DNA of 64,000 bases, taken from positions 206,398,001 through 206,462,000 of the forward strand of contig OZ024742.1 of the NCBI GenBank assembly GCA_964016885.1, written 5' to 3'. This stretch comes from Eledone cirrhosa (taxonomy: Eukaryota). Below are positions 1 to 11,768 of this stretch, in pieces. Each line of letters begins with the position of its first letter. Position 1 is the stretch's first letter. The translations under genes and the position numbers were made by a program. The notes beneath the pieces were generated by a model. The model made no database searches, had not been told where the DNA came from, and saw only the letters and a list, made by a program, of their open reading frames with translations.

Positions 1-59
<59 letters not shown>

Positions 60-60
60 A
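1..60. repeat. (TA)n(TG)n microsatellite
   Basis: Seen directly. Confidence 0.95.
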
Positions 61-283
61 TACATATAATTATATAAACGTATATAAATAAACACACATA
101 AATACGTATATAACGCACGCACACCTATAGGTAAATACACATATGTTCACGAAACGTACGTCAACCAAAACATAAAGTACACATAAAGTACACATAATCA
201 CACCTTACATACATGCAAATACGCATACACACACATACACAAAATACACATAACCATATACACATGTACCAGTATATATAATA

Positions 284-471
284 TAATTGTTTCTATTTTA
301 GGCACAAGGCCAGCAATTACACAGTACATTACTGGTACTTTATTTTATCGACCCCGTAAGGATGAAAGGCAAAGTTAACCTCGGCGGGATTTGAACTCAG
401 ATCATAAAGGGACGTAACTCTATGCTTCAAAGCATGGTGTCCGACTCTCTACCGATACTGCCAATCCACCA
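284..471 (-). mobile_element. tRNA-derived SINE, family A
   Basis: Minus strand has an A box (tggcagtatcggt), a B box (gagttcaaatccc), a central gcctttcatccttacggggtcgataaaataaagtacc motif and an AAT tail. More than 12 copies occur in the window. Confidence 0.88.
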
Positions 472-648
472 GTATATATAATATAATATATACACCTATA
501 ACAAATAAAAGCAAATATGCGTACGAGAAAGTATACGTACATTCACAAAACATACGGGTATAGTATACTTACCTATACAAATAAGTAATGGTATAAACAT
601 ATGCTTAGCTACCACAACAAGACGTAAATTATTTGCGTATTGTTCGTA

Positions 649-2530
649 CTATCCGTTAGGGTATAATGTGGGGCTGTAATACAGGAAAGTGTTATGCAAT
701 TTCTGTTTACAAGCCGAAATAGCCTCAGATTTTTTGTTTAAGATGAGGTCATTGGAGTAGAGTATTTCCAGGGCTTCAGCGGCACAAAGATCGCATGGTC
801 TTTTATTTCCGTTATACGATCTAAATTTAGCTAGGATCTCCCAGTGTAACCTATATTGGGTGTGGTTGTCTTTTAGACGCCAGATAAAAGCTGAAAGTGA
901 CGTCATATTCATTCTTAAAGGGTTAAAAAAAGAATGGTTGTGCATGTAAAGACGCTGCTTGAATCTATTGGTGGTTAACCCTACGTAGGCCCTACGGGAC
1001 GTGAGTGTTACGGCCTTACATTTGTAGACAATGTTACTGGAGAGGCATTTCCCAGATAGAAGGATGTCAACCCGATTCCTACAATTACAGTTAGTACTAG
1101 CTACAGGGTTGAACGTATTCCTACGGTTAGGTAATTTAGCTAAATTTCAAGCAGTGATATTATGTGCAAGGTTAGGAGTCGTAGAGTAAGATATTTTAAT
1201 GGTATTTCTATTTAAAATGTTATTATATTTATGTGCTGGGGGAAATGCTTCTTAATAAGGGAGAGAAAGATCTTAGCTAATGGTGTGGCCACCTCCTCAT
1301 TATATAGTGGGTTATACCATATAATGCGTCGGCATCTATTTTTCCTTGGTCTATGCTCATACTTAGTATATGCTACCTTATCGACGAATCCACTCCGAGC
1401 AAGAACTTCATTGTAATATGTGGAATGGTCGCTGAAAATATGCTCGTTTGTAGATAGACGGGAAAGCCTCAAAGAAACGTTTCTTACCAGGTTGTTGGTT
1501 ATGCTAGCAGGACGGTTAGAATGCTTACTGATGTACGTAAGCGTATCATTCGGCTTTCTATACGGATAGTGAAAGCCATTCGACAAATTGAGGGTAACGT
1601 CGAGGTAATTAACGACCGAGAGGTTGGCCTCAACCTGTATGGAGACGTTGATGCCTTTAAAGAAGGCTGTGAGTTCTTTTATGAACCTGTCGCAAGCGCG
1701 TGGACCACACTTTGTCATGGTCAAACCACCGCCCACGTTGGGGAATTCTTCCTTGATAGAGAAAAGAAGGAAAAGGCCGATAAGATCAGTAACCTCCGCC
1801 GAATCGCTGGCGCCCATACTCACGTCAAATGGGGTACTATTAGATTTTTTAATCCAAATAGAATCGTCGAAATTAATCACCGACTTAATGGCATTGAGGA
1901 TGACATCAACTTCGAAATCCTTAACCACCGTGAGCGTTTTAGCGAAATTGATAGCTCTAAGAAGAAGTGGTAAAGTGATGGAGGAGTAGTAGTTATTGAT
2001 GTCGAATTGAATAAAACGGCAACGTTCCTTGTTGCATATGACATTGCACCAATCAATCACCGCGAAAGAATTGTTCTACAGTGCAAGAGGGCGCAAGCTT
2101 CTAATTTCAGGTATAATTCTATCTAAAATCCTTTTACTAAGTCTACCGAAATCGGATTTCGTGTGGTTAATAAGCCGAATAGAGGGATTGTTGGCGAAAT
2201 TGGGTTTGTGATCCTTCAGGGTAAAGTGGGGAGAAACAGGGTCCAGAGGTTCAGGCTGGTCCAGGATGTTGAGTTCAGAGGTGATTTTAAACCCAGCATC
2301 GTTGATGTCATTAATGACACTCCGATTAGTTTTCCTGTAATCCTTAGTTACAACATTATGTAGCAGTTGATGGTAAGTACTGCGCTTCACTTGATAAAGA
2401 TTGCCAGTTTTGCGGAGTGGATGTGCACGGCATTAGAATCCTTAATAGAATGAATTCTATTTTTCAGGTCCTGCTGGAAGGAATTGCTCCTATTCCGAAA
2501 TTTGATACTTCGTATGAGTTCCAAAACATC
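649..2530 (-). pseudogene. Penelope-like retroelement RT + GIY-YIG endonuclease (Hydra-clade-like), degraded
   Basis: Frameshifted ORFs 2076-2390, 1212-2060 and 649-945. Motifs RLINxxKSDFGRLSK, FIQFDINNYYSSI, MGASDSAEV, linker CNCR, VY...YVGLT (GIY-YIG) and C-terminal CDLC..E. The expected YRDD motif is absent. Clade name is inferred from recalled motifs. Confidence 0.85.
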
Positions 2531-5500
2531 GTGATTTGCCTGAGCATTGCATCTTGTTTGTGTGTGGATATAATTTTTATCTCTATGTTCTCTAACATGC
2601 CCCTATGTTCTATTCTGGCATGTTGGTGGAGTACTGATGAGTTTTTCCCATCCTGGAGTTCTCGCCAGTGTTCATTTATCTTTTCTGCTATGCAACGGGT
2701 TGTTTCACCTATATATGTTATATTCTTATTCCTACACAGTCCCTCAGTACATCTTATACTATATACTACGTTCCTAGTTTTGCGGTTAATTTGCGGGATT
2801 AGCTTGCAGACTATGCATTTCCTATCAGTATAGGGCGATCTTTAAAATGGATATGTTTTGCTAATTAGGATTTTTTATGGGAACACCAGGTCTTTCAACT
2901 ATCTTAATATTTAATTTGACCTTGTCTATGGCTTTTCTAATCTATAAGCTAGTTCGCCTGTAAGGGCTGTATTGACGAATATTACACTCTGGTATTTATT
3001 ACTATCATACCATGAGTGTATTTCATTTGACTTATTCCCAATCCTTTCTATTCTGTTCCAAAATTTGCTCCTATACATGGGGCAAGTTCTATATGTATCA
3101 TTTTCTACAATCTTTGCCCATTTAGTTCTAGCTCCTTTGTATACCCTGATCTTGTCTCTCTGATTGTAGCCAGAGAACTGCATGCGGTGAATGAAGTGTT
3201 GTGCGTGTCTCTCTAATTCTTTCAGGTTGCACACGCGGGACACGTTCCTCATCATTCTCACTAAGTCCGGAATCAGTATGTTGATTTGTATGTGGTCCGA
3301 AAGAGCTGAGTTTTGGGTGGATCAGGTATTTGAAGGTTATGGGTTTGGTATAATGAAAATGGAGGATTTGCGTTCTATTACTAATAGTTTCCAATCAGAG
3401 TTCTGTGTCTAGTACGGGTAATCTATGGTCGGGGTGTTTACTTGGGTAGTCTATAGTAACTTTAATACTCTGTTGGATGGAGTTAGCTATTTGCTGGATA
3501 CTTTCCAGATGTTCTTCTCTAATTCCTGACTGTTCTCCTGTGGTGGTGTTTTTTACTACGATATTTATGTCATCTAAGTAGCGGGAGTACATAATCAGGG
3601 TTATAAAATTGTGGTCTAATTTTTCCTCAAGTTTTCTGTCTCACCTCACCATAAAAAGGTTAGCTATATCACCTGCAATGCTAACGCCAATGGCTGCTCC
3701 CTCCTCTTGGGCATATGTTTTGCCATTAAATTTGAACATATGTTCCTTAAGGGTTAGTTTTATACTGGCCCCCATCGCATGTGCGATCATTGTCTTTAAT
3801 TCATCATGGTTTTCGGGGATCCGTATGGCTCTGGTCCAACCGCTCCATCTTTCTGTGTAGGTCTTCTTGGCCATTGAGGTAATGGTGGGTGGTCTGCCTC
3901 TTTCTGGCCTTGTGGGACAGAGGCTGCTGAGGTTATTGTGTTTAGGTATTCCTTATTGTATGTGAGTTTAATTAGGAGTCCCAGCTCTCTGGTATAAATC
4001 CTACAGAATTCCACATCGCTCTCGCTGATCATTTCTATACATTTTTCCACAGCAAAATCTACGTCAATGAATGGGTATAGTGACATTACATCTATGCTAT
4101 CTATTGTACAGCCTGTTAGGCCCCTAGACAGGTTGCATTTGCTGATTTTGCTGAGGAGGTCCTCCGTGCTGTCGCATATATCTGGGGACATTTCGATGAT
4201 AGGGCGTATGATCAGGGAGAGGATGGAGGAGAGTCTGTATTTGCTAGCAATGTTAGCTCCAGAGACTGGCTGTGCTGGTGGTCCTGTGACTGGGTCACTA
4301 TTTGCCTTGTAGTCTTTGCGAAGCCCATACAGCGTTGGTATATCGTTGTCCCAGGCCTGGAAGTTGATGGCAGTCCATTTATTAGGCTGCATTATGTTAG
4401 TCCACATCATCATATCAGCATTGAGGTTTTTTCCCTTTCCTCATGCTCTTCTGGTGTTACCTCTCTTGTGTTGATGATGTGGGATGGGATTGCATTGTCA
4501 GGGTGTAGTTTGGCAGGCTGTCAACTGACATTCTGCCATACTTGTCTGTTGGAAAGCATACAACCTCTCCAATTTGTGAGCGCTGCATGAGCTTACGCAA
4601 GCTATTTGCAGATTTTCCCCCAGTTGCTGGGTCTCCATTCCATTCTCTTTCCTGCTAAAGTTTAGCTCTGGCTATTATAAATTGTGCCTCTGTTTGGTCA
4701 TCAGCCTGCGACGCTAATCCTGATCAATTGGTAATCCAAAGCGACGTGGGATAAATTCGTTGCATGTCGAAGGACTTATCAGATGGGTCATAGAATGTGG
4801 AATTTCAGGGTGTATTGTTTACTTTGTTGTTATTTTGAATTGTGCTGTCTCTACTTCCACCAACATGGTTTCTTCTATATCTTTCATTGTTTCTCCTATC
4901 CCTTCCCTCTGTGTCACTGTTATTTTCTAATCTATTTTATGTGTCTGTGTGTTCGTCCTAGTTATCTCCCCTGTAATTTTTTTTACTTCTCTCATTGTTA
5001 TTATTATTCCTTACCTCTGTGTCATTGGTATCACTATCCATTACCTCTGTGCCACTGTTATTTTCTAACCTGTTTTCTGTGTCTGTGTGTCTGTTGTTGT
5101 TGGGATGTGTATTGTGGCATAGTATGTGTTGTGTGTGTGTTGTTTTGTACATGTGTGTTGTTATTGTTGTGTATGTATGTTGATGTTATTTTTTTTGTTG
5201 TTTTTTAGTCTCCATCTTATGTTTGTAAATGTTTTTCTATTTCAGATAAGCATTCTATCATATTTACCTCACTGTATGTGGCATAATTAGGTGATAATTG
5301 TAATATGGACAGTTCATGAGGATCAACGGTTATGTTGCCATATATATTTGTGTTGTTGTTGTTGTTGTTGTTGAAATCTCGGTTAATGGGACGTCCGCCA
5401 TGTTTATTCCATCAAGCTTACCTGCGTATTTCTTCCTATTTTCTGAAGTTTCTTGTTTTAGTTTCATCTGTTTGAGCCACGTTAATTTCTTGTTAAAATG

Positions 5501-5540
5501 TTTGTTGCATTTTTGGATTATGTATTTTTGTTCTTCAAGT

Positions 5541-5672
5541 ATAATTGTTTCTACTTTAGGCACAAGGCCAGCAATTACCCAGTGCATTACTGGTACTTTA
5601 TTTTATCGACCCCGTAAGGATGAAAGGCAAAGTCAACCTCGGCGGGATTTGAACTCAGATCATAAAGGGACG
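5541..5672 (-). mobile_element. SINE family A fragment inserted in PLE ORF
   Basis: Near-identical to 284-414. Confidence 0.85.
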
Positions 5673-6144
5673 TATATGAATTCTGATGTTTCTCATCGTG
5701 CAGTGATCTTACTTAATTCTTGTTGGCTTAATTCTATGTAAATTTTCTTATTCATGTTTAGAATCAGTGTTCGTTTGAGTCTATCAGCTTGTCTTTTGGT
5801 TAGTTGGAGTCTTCTTACGTTGGTGTTGATAGAGTAGGTGTAAACTCTGGACGAGGCACATTGTTTTATGAAGTGCAGTTGTCGAGATGTTATTGTTTTC
5901 TTTAAACAGCAGAACACGGTGGTTTTCAGTATCTTGCTAGCCTGGCTAAGGCTTACGATAATTCGTTTTTGAATTTGTTTTGCGAGATTTCTCATCTGAA
6001 AACGTGTGTTGAAACAGATATTCTTATACTTTGGGAGGGTCATGTTTCCAATAAAAACACACGCACCTGGTGGTTTTCACATTCATTTATTATAAATTTC
6101 TAGTTGGTTGGTTCGTTCGATAAACGGAATGTTGTTTATATATT

Positions 6145-6188
6145 ATCAAAGCTCTTTCGTCACACATTCTGTGACCTCCTCTGTGACT
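6145..6188 (-). ncRNA. Degenerate type I hammerhead ribozyme in Naiad-like pLTR
   Basis: Minus strand agtca-CAGAGGA-g-gtcac(agaatgt)gtgac-GAAA-gagc-tt-tgat. Homologous to 10475-10519 but core U4 is changed to A. Confidence 0.55.
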
Positions 6189-6352
6189 AAGTTTTTATTT
6201 TGTGCGTCTCTCCTTTGTTCTATTCTACACCATCTTGTTTCTGTGTGCTTAGTTTGCGCATGCGTTATTTATGCGGTATTTATTTATGTGTTGATTTATT
6301 CGTCACTAGTTGGTTGTTTCTTCTATCTGTGTGTGTCTGATTTGTTTAGTTA

Positions 6353-6610
<258 letters not shown>

Positions 6611-6762
6611 ACACGGGTGGGTATAATTGTGTATAAAAGATTATATTAATAAGAGGAATTCCAACTTTGTCGGATTTACTCATTTTATTTACGATCCTTT
6701 AAAATTTATAATGGTATTATAATGAAATAGTATGATAGAATATTAAAATGTTAAGTGTTAAT

Positions 6763-6801
6763 TGAACAAGTACTTTCATGCTTTCGCAATATTCAGGTTC
6801 A
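6763..6801 (-). ncRNA. Mirror hammerhead with core G8>U
   Basis: tgaac-CTGAATA-t-tgc(gaaa)gca-t-GAAA-gtac-tt-gttca on the minus strand. Confidence 0.6.
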
Positions 6802-6885
6802 TAATGTGTGGTGACAGTCAAGTTTGCAATTTTTTACTGAAAATTTTCAATTGAAAATTGCAAACTTGACTGTCACCACACATTA

Positions 6886-6924
6886 TGAACCTGAAGATTG
6901 CAAAAGCATGAAAGCACTTGTTCA
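6886..6924 (+). ncRNA. Minimal type I hammerhead ribozyme
   Basis: tgaac-CTGAAGA-t-tgc(aaaa)gca-t-GAAA-gcac-tt-gttca: 5 bp stem I, intact core, CUU cleavage triplet. Confidence 0.75.
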
Positions 6925-7087
6925 ATTAACACTTAACATTTTAATATTCTATCATACTATTTCATTATAATACCATTATAAATTTTAAAGGATTGTAAAT
7001 AAAATGAGTAAATCAGACAAAGTTGGAATTCCTCTTATCAATATACATACATACATACATACATACATTCATACATACATACATACA

Positions 7088-7462
7088 TGGTGGCTGCCAA
7101 CTCGTTTTCGAGGACGGCCACTACTTTATATCCATGTAGGAGAACCCCTACTGATGCAAAGGCACTGCACAAAGCCAGTCCCACTCTCTTAACCAAGATG
7201 ATATTTACCAAAAAGAAGAACAAGTCAACATCATTGGATACCATCAGGGTTGCAGGTGTTATATCAGAGTTTTCCTTCTCCTAGAATTCTGCCTTGACAA
7301 AGGCTAAGGGGTCATCTCTCCCGGTGATTTTGGATGGCCATTGACTCTTAAGAGCTCCTTTGCCCTTTGACAGGTTTTGTTTTTAGTCCTGCAGGATGTC
7401 CAAAGTCACCCTCCTCACCAAGAAACCTTGGTGGGGTTGCCAGTTTAGTCGCCAACGACCAT
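7088..7462 (-). mobile_element. Probable RTE-type LINE 5' UTR fragment between (CATA)n tracts
   Basis: Contains ctaggagaaggaaaactctga, a motif recalled from RTE 5' regions. A homologous segment lies at ~33560-33697 on the opposite strand. Confidence 0.55.
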
Positions 7463-7488
7463 GAGACATACATACATACATACATACA

Positions 7489-7568
<80 letters not shown>

Positions 7569-7772
7569 CATACATAAAATACAATATGTTGAAAAGGTAA
7601 CACCCTAGAGAGAGATAGTGTGCCATCAATAAAACAGGGAAAACCACCAGTGTATGGAATCTATAGATTACCTTTTCAACATATTGTATTTTAAAGAGCT
7701 CAGGATTCCTTTTCTTTGAGCATATTATTGACAGGGAATAACGAGAGTCTATGGCTCCGTTAATTTATCGTG

Positions 7773-7826
<54 letters not shown>

Positions 7827-8052
7827 AAAATTAAGATAAATCAAAGTGAATTTAATCTAAATCAAAATTATGGGTGTCATGCCAGAAAGGCATGCGCCAT
7901 ATATATATATATATATATATATATGGATAAGAATGAAACGAAATTTCATTTCTCACTCTTAGTACGGCTGATACCTAAATATAAGTATTTATACATACAT
8001 ACATATATGTGTACAGACGTACAGTAGTATGTGTATATATATATACATCCAT

Positions 8053-8107
<55 letters not shown>

Positions 8108-8164
8108 AATATAAATATAGTGACGAAACATAAGTCAATTGCATGAACTCATAATCCTTTATTT

Positions 8165-8220
8165 ACTGCTATATATATTTCGATGATAGCCATTGAATGG
8201 GTATGACCTCATCAGGCAGT
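8165..8220 (-). ncRNA. Type I hammerhead ribozyme in an ORF-less insert
   Basis: actgc-CTGATGA-ggtcatacccat(tca)atggctatcatc-GAAA-tatata-ta-gcagt: 5 bp stem I, long stem II with 2 mismatches, palindromic stem III, AUA triplet. Confidence 0.75.
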
Positions 8221-8278
8221 TAGTCAGTTCTTAGATATGCCAGCTCCGTGTTTATGGTGTTGATGGTATCAGAACGTT

Positions 8279-8361
<83 letters not shown>

Positions 8362-8594
8362 CGTTTCTGAATTTGTTTAGCAAGATTCTTTATCTGAAAT
8401 CGTGTGTTGAAACCGATATTGTTATACTTTGGGAGGGTCATGTTGCCAATAAGAAACACACGCACCAGTTGCTTTCACTTCAATTTATAAATTTATAAAT
8501 TTATAAATTTATAAATTTATAAATTTACAAATCTACAAACTTATAAATTTCTGGTTGGTTGGTTGGTTCCACAACCAGATAGTTGTTTATATAT

Positions 8595-8639
8595 AGTCAT
8601 AGTCCTTTCGTCACACACACTGTGACCTCTTCAGTGACT
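8595..8639 (-). ncRNA. Hammerhead ribozyme in inverted pLTR
   Basis: Exact reverse complement of 10475-10519. Confidence 0.8.
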
Positions 8640-9059
8640 GGGGATTCCTTTCTTTGTTTCTGTGCCTTTCCTTTCTTCTGTCCTACGCCATTTTGTTTCT
8701 GTGTGTGTGTTGTGTGCTCAGTTTGCGCATGCGCCACATCCGGGTGTCTGTGTGTGTTTGTGTTCATTTATCTATTTGTTTATTTATTTATTTATTTATT
8801 TACATGTTGTTGGTTGGTTGTTTGTTCTATGTGTGTGTGTGTTCTCATTTTGTCCTTAATTGTAAGTTGTGATGTTGCTGTTCCACTCATATTTTCTATT
8901 TAATTTTGGTTGTAATTCTTTTATGCTTACTGCCTCTGTAATTTGCCTAAACATTGCATCTTTTCTGTGTGTGGATTCTATTTTTATTTCTATGTTCTCT
9001 AATTTACCCTTGTGCTCTATCTTAGCATGTTGGTAGAGCACAGATGATTTTTTATTATC

Positions 9060-10256
9060 TTGAAGGTCAAACAAAAACTTAAAGAACAATTAGAAGACAG
9101 CTTAACCCTGATAATGTACTCCAGCTACGTAGATGATATAAACATCGTAGTTAAGACACCCCCACTAAAGAACAGTCAGGAACTAAAGAAAAACACAATG
9201 GAAAGCATCCAGCAAATAGCAAACTCCATCCACCAGAGCATTAGAGTTACTATAGACTACCCAAGTAGACACCCCAACCATCGATTACCTGTACTAGACA
9301 CAGAGCTCTGGTTAGATACCATTAACAACCAAAAACAAATCCTCCATTCCCATTATGCCAAACCCATGACTTCCAAACATCTGATCCACCGAAACTCGGC
9401 CATTTCGGACCATACCAAAATCAACATACTGATTGCGGATTTGGTACGGGTGATGAGAAATGTGTCCCGCATGTGCAACCCCGAAGAACTAGAGAGACAC
9501 ATACAACACTTCATCCACCGTATGCAGTTCTCTGGCTACAATCAGAGAGATAGAATCAGAGTGTATAGAGGAGCCAGAACCAAATGGGAAAAAATGGTAA
9601 ATAATGACATAAATGGGACCTGCCCCTTGTATAGGAGCAAATTTTGGAATAGAATAGAAAGAACTAGGAACAAGGCCAATAGAATAAACTCATGGTATGA
9701 TAGCAATAAATACCAGAGTGTAATGTTCATCAATACAACCCCTAGAGGCGAACTAGCCTACAAATTTAGAAGGGCCCTAAATAAACATAAACTCAATATT
9801 AATATGGTAGACAGACCAGGTACCTCCGTAAAAACACTTATTAGCAAGACATACCCGTTCCAAAGACCCTCATGTATAAATAAGAAATGTATAACCTGTA
9901 AAATAAGCCCCCATATTAACTGTAAAACTAGAAATGTAGTGTATAGCATAAGATGTACTGAAGGACAATGTAGAAACAAAAATATAGTGTACATAGGTGA
10001 GACAGCTCGTAGTATAGGGGAAGGAATAAATGAACACTGGCGAGACCTTCAAGATAATAAAGAATCATCTGTGCTCTACCAACATGCTAAGATAGAGCAC
10101 AAGGGTAAATTAGAGAACATAGAAATAAAAATAGAATCCACACACAGAAAAGATGCAATGTTTAGGCAAATTACAGAGGCAGTAAGCATAAAAGAATTAC
10201 AACCAAATTTAAATAGAAAATATGAGTGGAACAGCAACATCACAACTTACAATTAA
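9060..10256 (+). CDS. PLE polyprotein C-terminal part: RT (YVDD) thumb, Cys-rich linker, GIY-YIG endonuclease; 5'-truncated
   Basis: Uninterrupted 398 aa frame with YVDDIN, LPVLD, RMQFSGY, CxxxxCxxC, NVVY, YIGETARS and EAV.I. The annotated start is a truncation junction, not a true start. Confidence 0.85.
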   Translation: MKVKQKLKEQLEDSLTLIMYSSYVDDINIVVKTPPLKNSQELKKNTMESIQQIANSIHQSIRVTIDYPSRHPNHRLPVLDTELWLDTINNQKQILHSHYAKPMTSKHLIHRNSAISDHTKINILIADLVRVMRNVSRMCNPEELERHIQHFIHRMQFSGYNQRDRIRVYRGARTKWEKMVNNDINGTCPLYRSKFWNRIERTRNKANRINSWYDSNKYQSVMFINTTPRGELAYKFRRALNKHKLNINMVDRPGTSVKTLISKTYPFQRPSCINKKCITCKISPHINCKTRNVVYSIRCTEGQCRNKNIVYIGETARSIGEGINEHWRDLQDNKESSVLYQHAKIEHKGKLENIEIKIESTHRKDAMFRQITEAVSIKELQPNLNRKYEWNSNITTYN

Positions 10257-10474
10257 GGACAAAATGAAAACACACACACACATAGAACAAACAACCAACC
10301 AACAACATGTAAATAAATAAATAAATAAATAAACAAATAGATAAATGAACACAAACACACACACAGACACCCGGATGTGGCGCATGCGCAAACTGAGCAC
10401 ACAACACACACACAGAAACAAAATGGCGTAGGATAGAAGAAAGGAAAGGCACAGAAACAAAGAAAGGAATCCCC

Positions 10475-10519
10475 AGTCACTGAAGAGGTCACAGTGTGTG
10501 TGACGAAAGGACTATGACT
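10475..10519 (+). ncRNA. Minimal type I hammerhead ribozyme in pLTR
   Basis: agtca-CTGAAGA-g-gtcac(agtgtgt)gtgac-GAAA-ggac-ta-tgact. Predicted cleavage after CUA (10514). Confidence 0.8.
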
Positions 10520-10677
10520 ATATATAAACAACTATCTGGTTGTGGAACCAACCAACCAACCAGAAATTTATAAGTTTGTAGATTTGTAAATTTATAAATT
10601 TATAAATATATAATAAATTGAAGTGAAAGCAACTGGTGCGTGTGTTTCTTATTGGCAACATGACCCTCCCAAAGTAT

Positions 10678-10712
<35 letters not shown>

Positions 10713-10713
<1 letters not shown>

Positions 10714-11768
10714 TAGCTGACCCGTCCGCCCGGCGTGTTCTACGGCATCCATATATATATAACTGACGTACCTAGCTTGGCTTGGATAAACAGGCGATAA
10801 GCCGTCTATGTAGTATTACTGTTGAAAATATATAGTACGGTATTACAGTTGAAAATATATAGTACGGTATTACAGTTGAAAATATATAGTATAGTATTAC
10901 TGTGAAAATGGATAGTATAGTATTACTGTTGAATATATATAGTGCAGTATTACTGCTGAAAATATATTGTATAGTATTACTGTTGAAAATATATAGTATT
11001 ACTGTTGAAAATGTATAGTATAGTATTACTGTTGAAAATATATAGTATAGTATTACTGTTGAAAATATGTAGTACAGTATTACTGTTGAAAATATATAGT
11101 ATTGTACAGTATTACTGTTGAAAATATATAGTGTAGTACAGTATTGCTGTTGAAAATATATAGTATTGTACAGTATTACTGTTGAAAATATATAGTGTAG
11201 TACAGTATTGCTGTTGAAAATATATAGTATAGTATTACTGTTAAAAATATATTCCTTTTTTATACAACTGTAAATAACATGTTTATGTATGTATATATAC
11301 GTATAAAGGAATGCTGTAATAAAATGTTCAAATTAAACTGTCTCTTATTTATGATACTAACATTATATATATATATATATATGTATATATACCCACACAC
11401 ACTATATATATATATACACACACAGCGAAATCAATGTACAGAATGTTTTTCGTAATGCAGACAGCCAGACATACAAACAGATATTATAAGGACGCGACGT
11501 TATAGCTATGTATCTATCTAAAAAGATAGACTAAGAAAGAGAGAGATCGCTAACCGGAAGTGTTGACATTTGAAAATTTTAAAGAAGTTTAATATTTAAA
11601 TAAACAATAAAATAACTTTAATCTTTTAACCGAATTTAGTAGATAAAAATACCCTCACTTTCTTACTTGGAAAAAGTTACATCTATGGTGCAAATTTTGC
11701 GCTGTTTGGTCCAGTCGTTTGGCGAAAAGTTTGTTACATACATACGGCCGTCAGCTTTATAGTATAGA
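10713..11768 (-). mobile_element. Non-autonomous Helitron
   Basis: Minus strand starts A|TCTATACTAT and ends with a GC-rich subterminal segment and CTAG|T, with no TSD. Shares an internal segment (~11450-11552) with 43390-43482. Confidence 0.75.
10808..11250. repeat. Minisatellite, ~27-32 bp unit (agtattactgttgaaaatatatagtat), inside the Helitron
   Basis: About 15 tandem variants seen directly. Confidence 0.9.

Larger units (their letters stand above)
2531..6352 (-). mobile_element. Penelope-like retroelement (Naiad-like), near full length, degraded, with 5' pseudo-LTR
   Basis: ORF start MTLPKY at 6043, then fragments TDKYGR, YGLRKD, DVMSLYP, GAAIG, RYLDDI, RMQFSGY and GIY-YIG (YIGET). pLTR (~6040-6350) matches 10290-10683 and 25071-25400. 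A SINE is inserted at 5541-5672. Confidence 0.85.
6642..7045. repeat. ~400 bp fold-back inverted repeat (arms ~6642-6832 and ~6854-7045)
   Basis: Arms are reverse complements with a few mismatches and a ~20 bp spacer. The same MSKSDKVGIPLINI peptide appears on both strands in the ORF track. Confidence 0.95.
8358..10683 (+). mobile_element. 5'-truncated Naiad-like PLE with inverted copy of its 3' end/pLTR, inserted in (TA)n
   Basis: 8416-9068 is the reverse complement of 10044-10683, and the left arm runs ~60 nt further to 8358. (TA)n lies on both flanks. Confidence 0.92.

Noticed and set aside
145-165. GAAACGTACGTC stem III-like motif
   Set aside because: No upstream CUGANGA.
1521-1973. Antisense ORFs over retroelement RT regions (also over the RTE and Gypsy elements)
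   Set aside because: Shadow frames of coding sequence with no independent motifs.
9060-10256. Selenoprotein-type Naiad (in-frame UGA plus SECIS)
   Set aside because: The frame is open and its Cys positions use TGT/TGC. The TGA codons seen in other PLE copies (~1147 minus strand, 55826 plus strand) are not at conserved Cys positions and look like decay.
10808-11250. CRISPR-like periodic array
   Set aside because: No unique spacers and no cas genes; it is a eukaryotic minisatellite.
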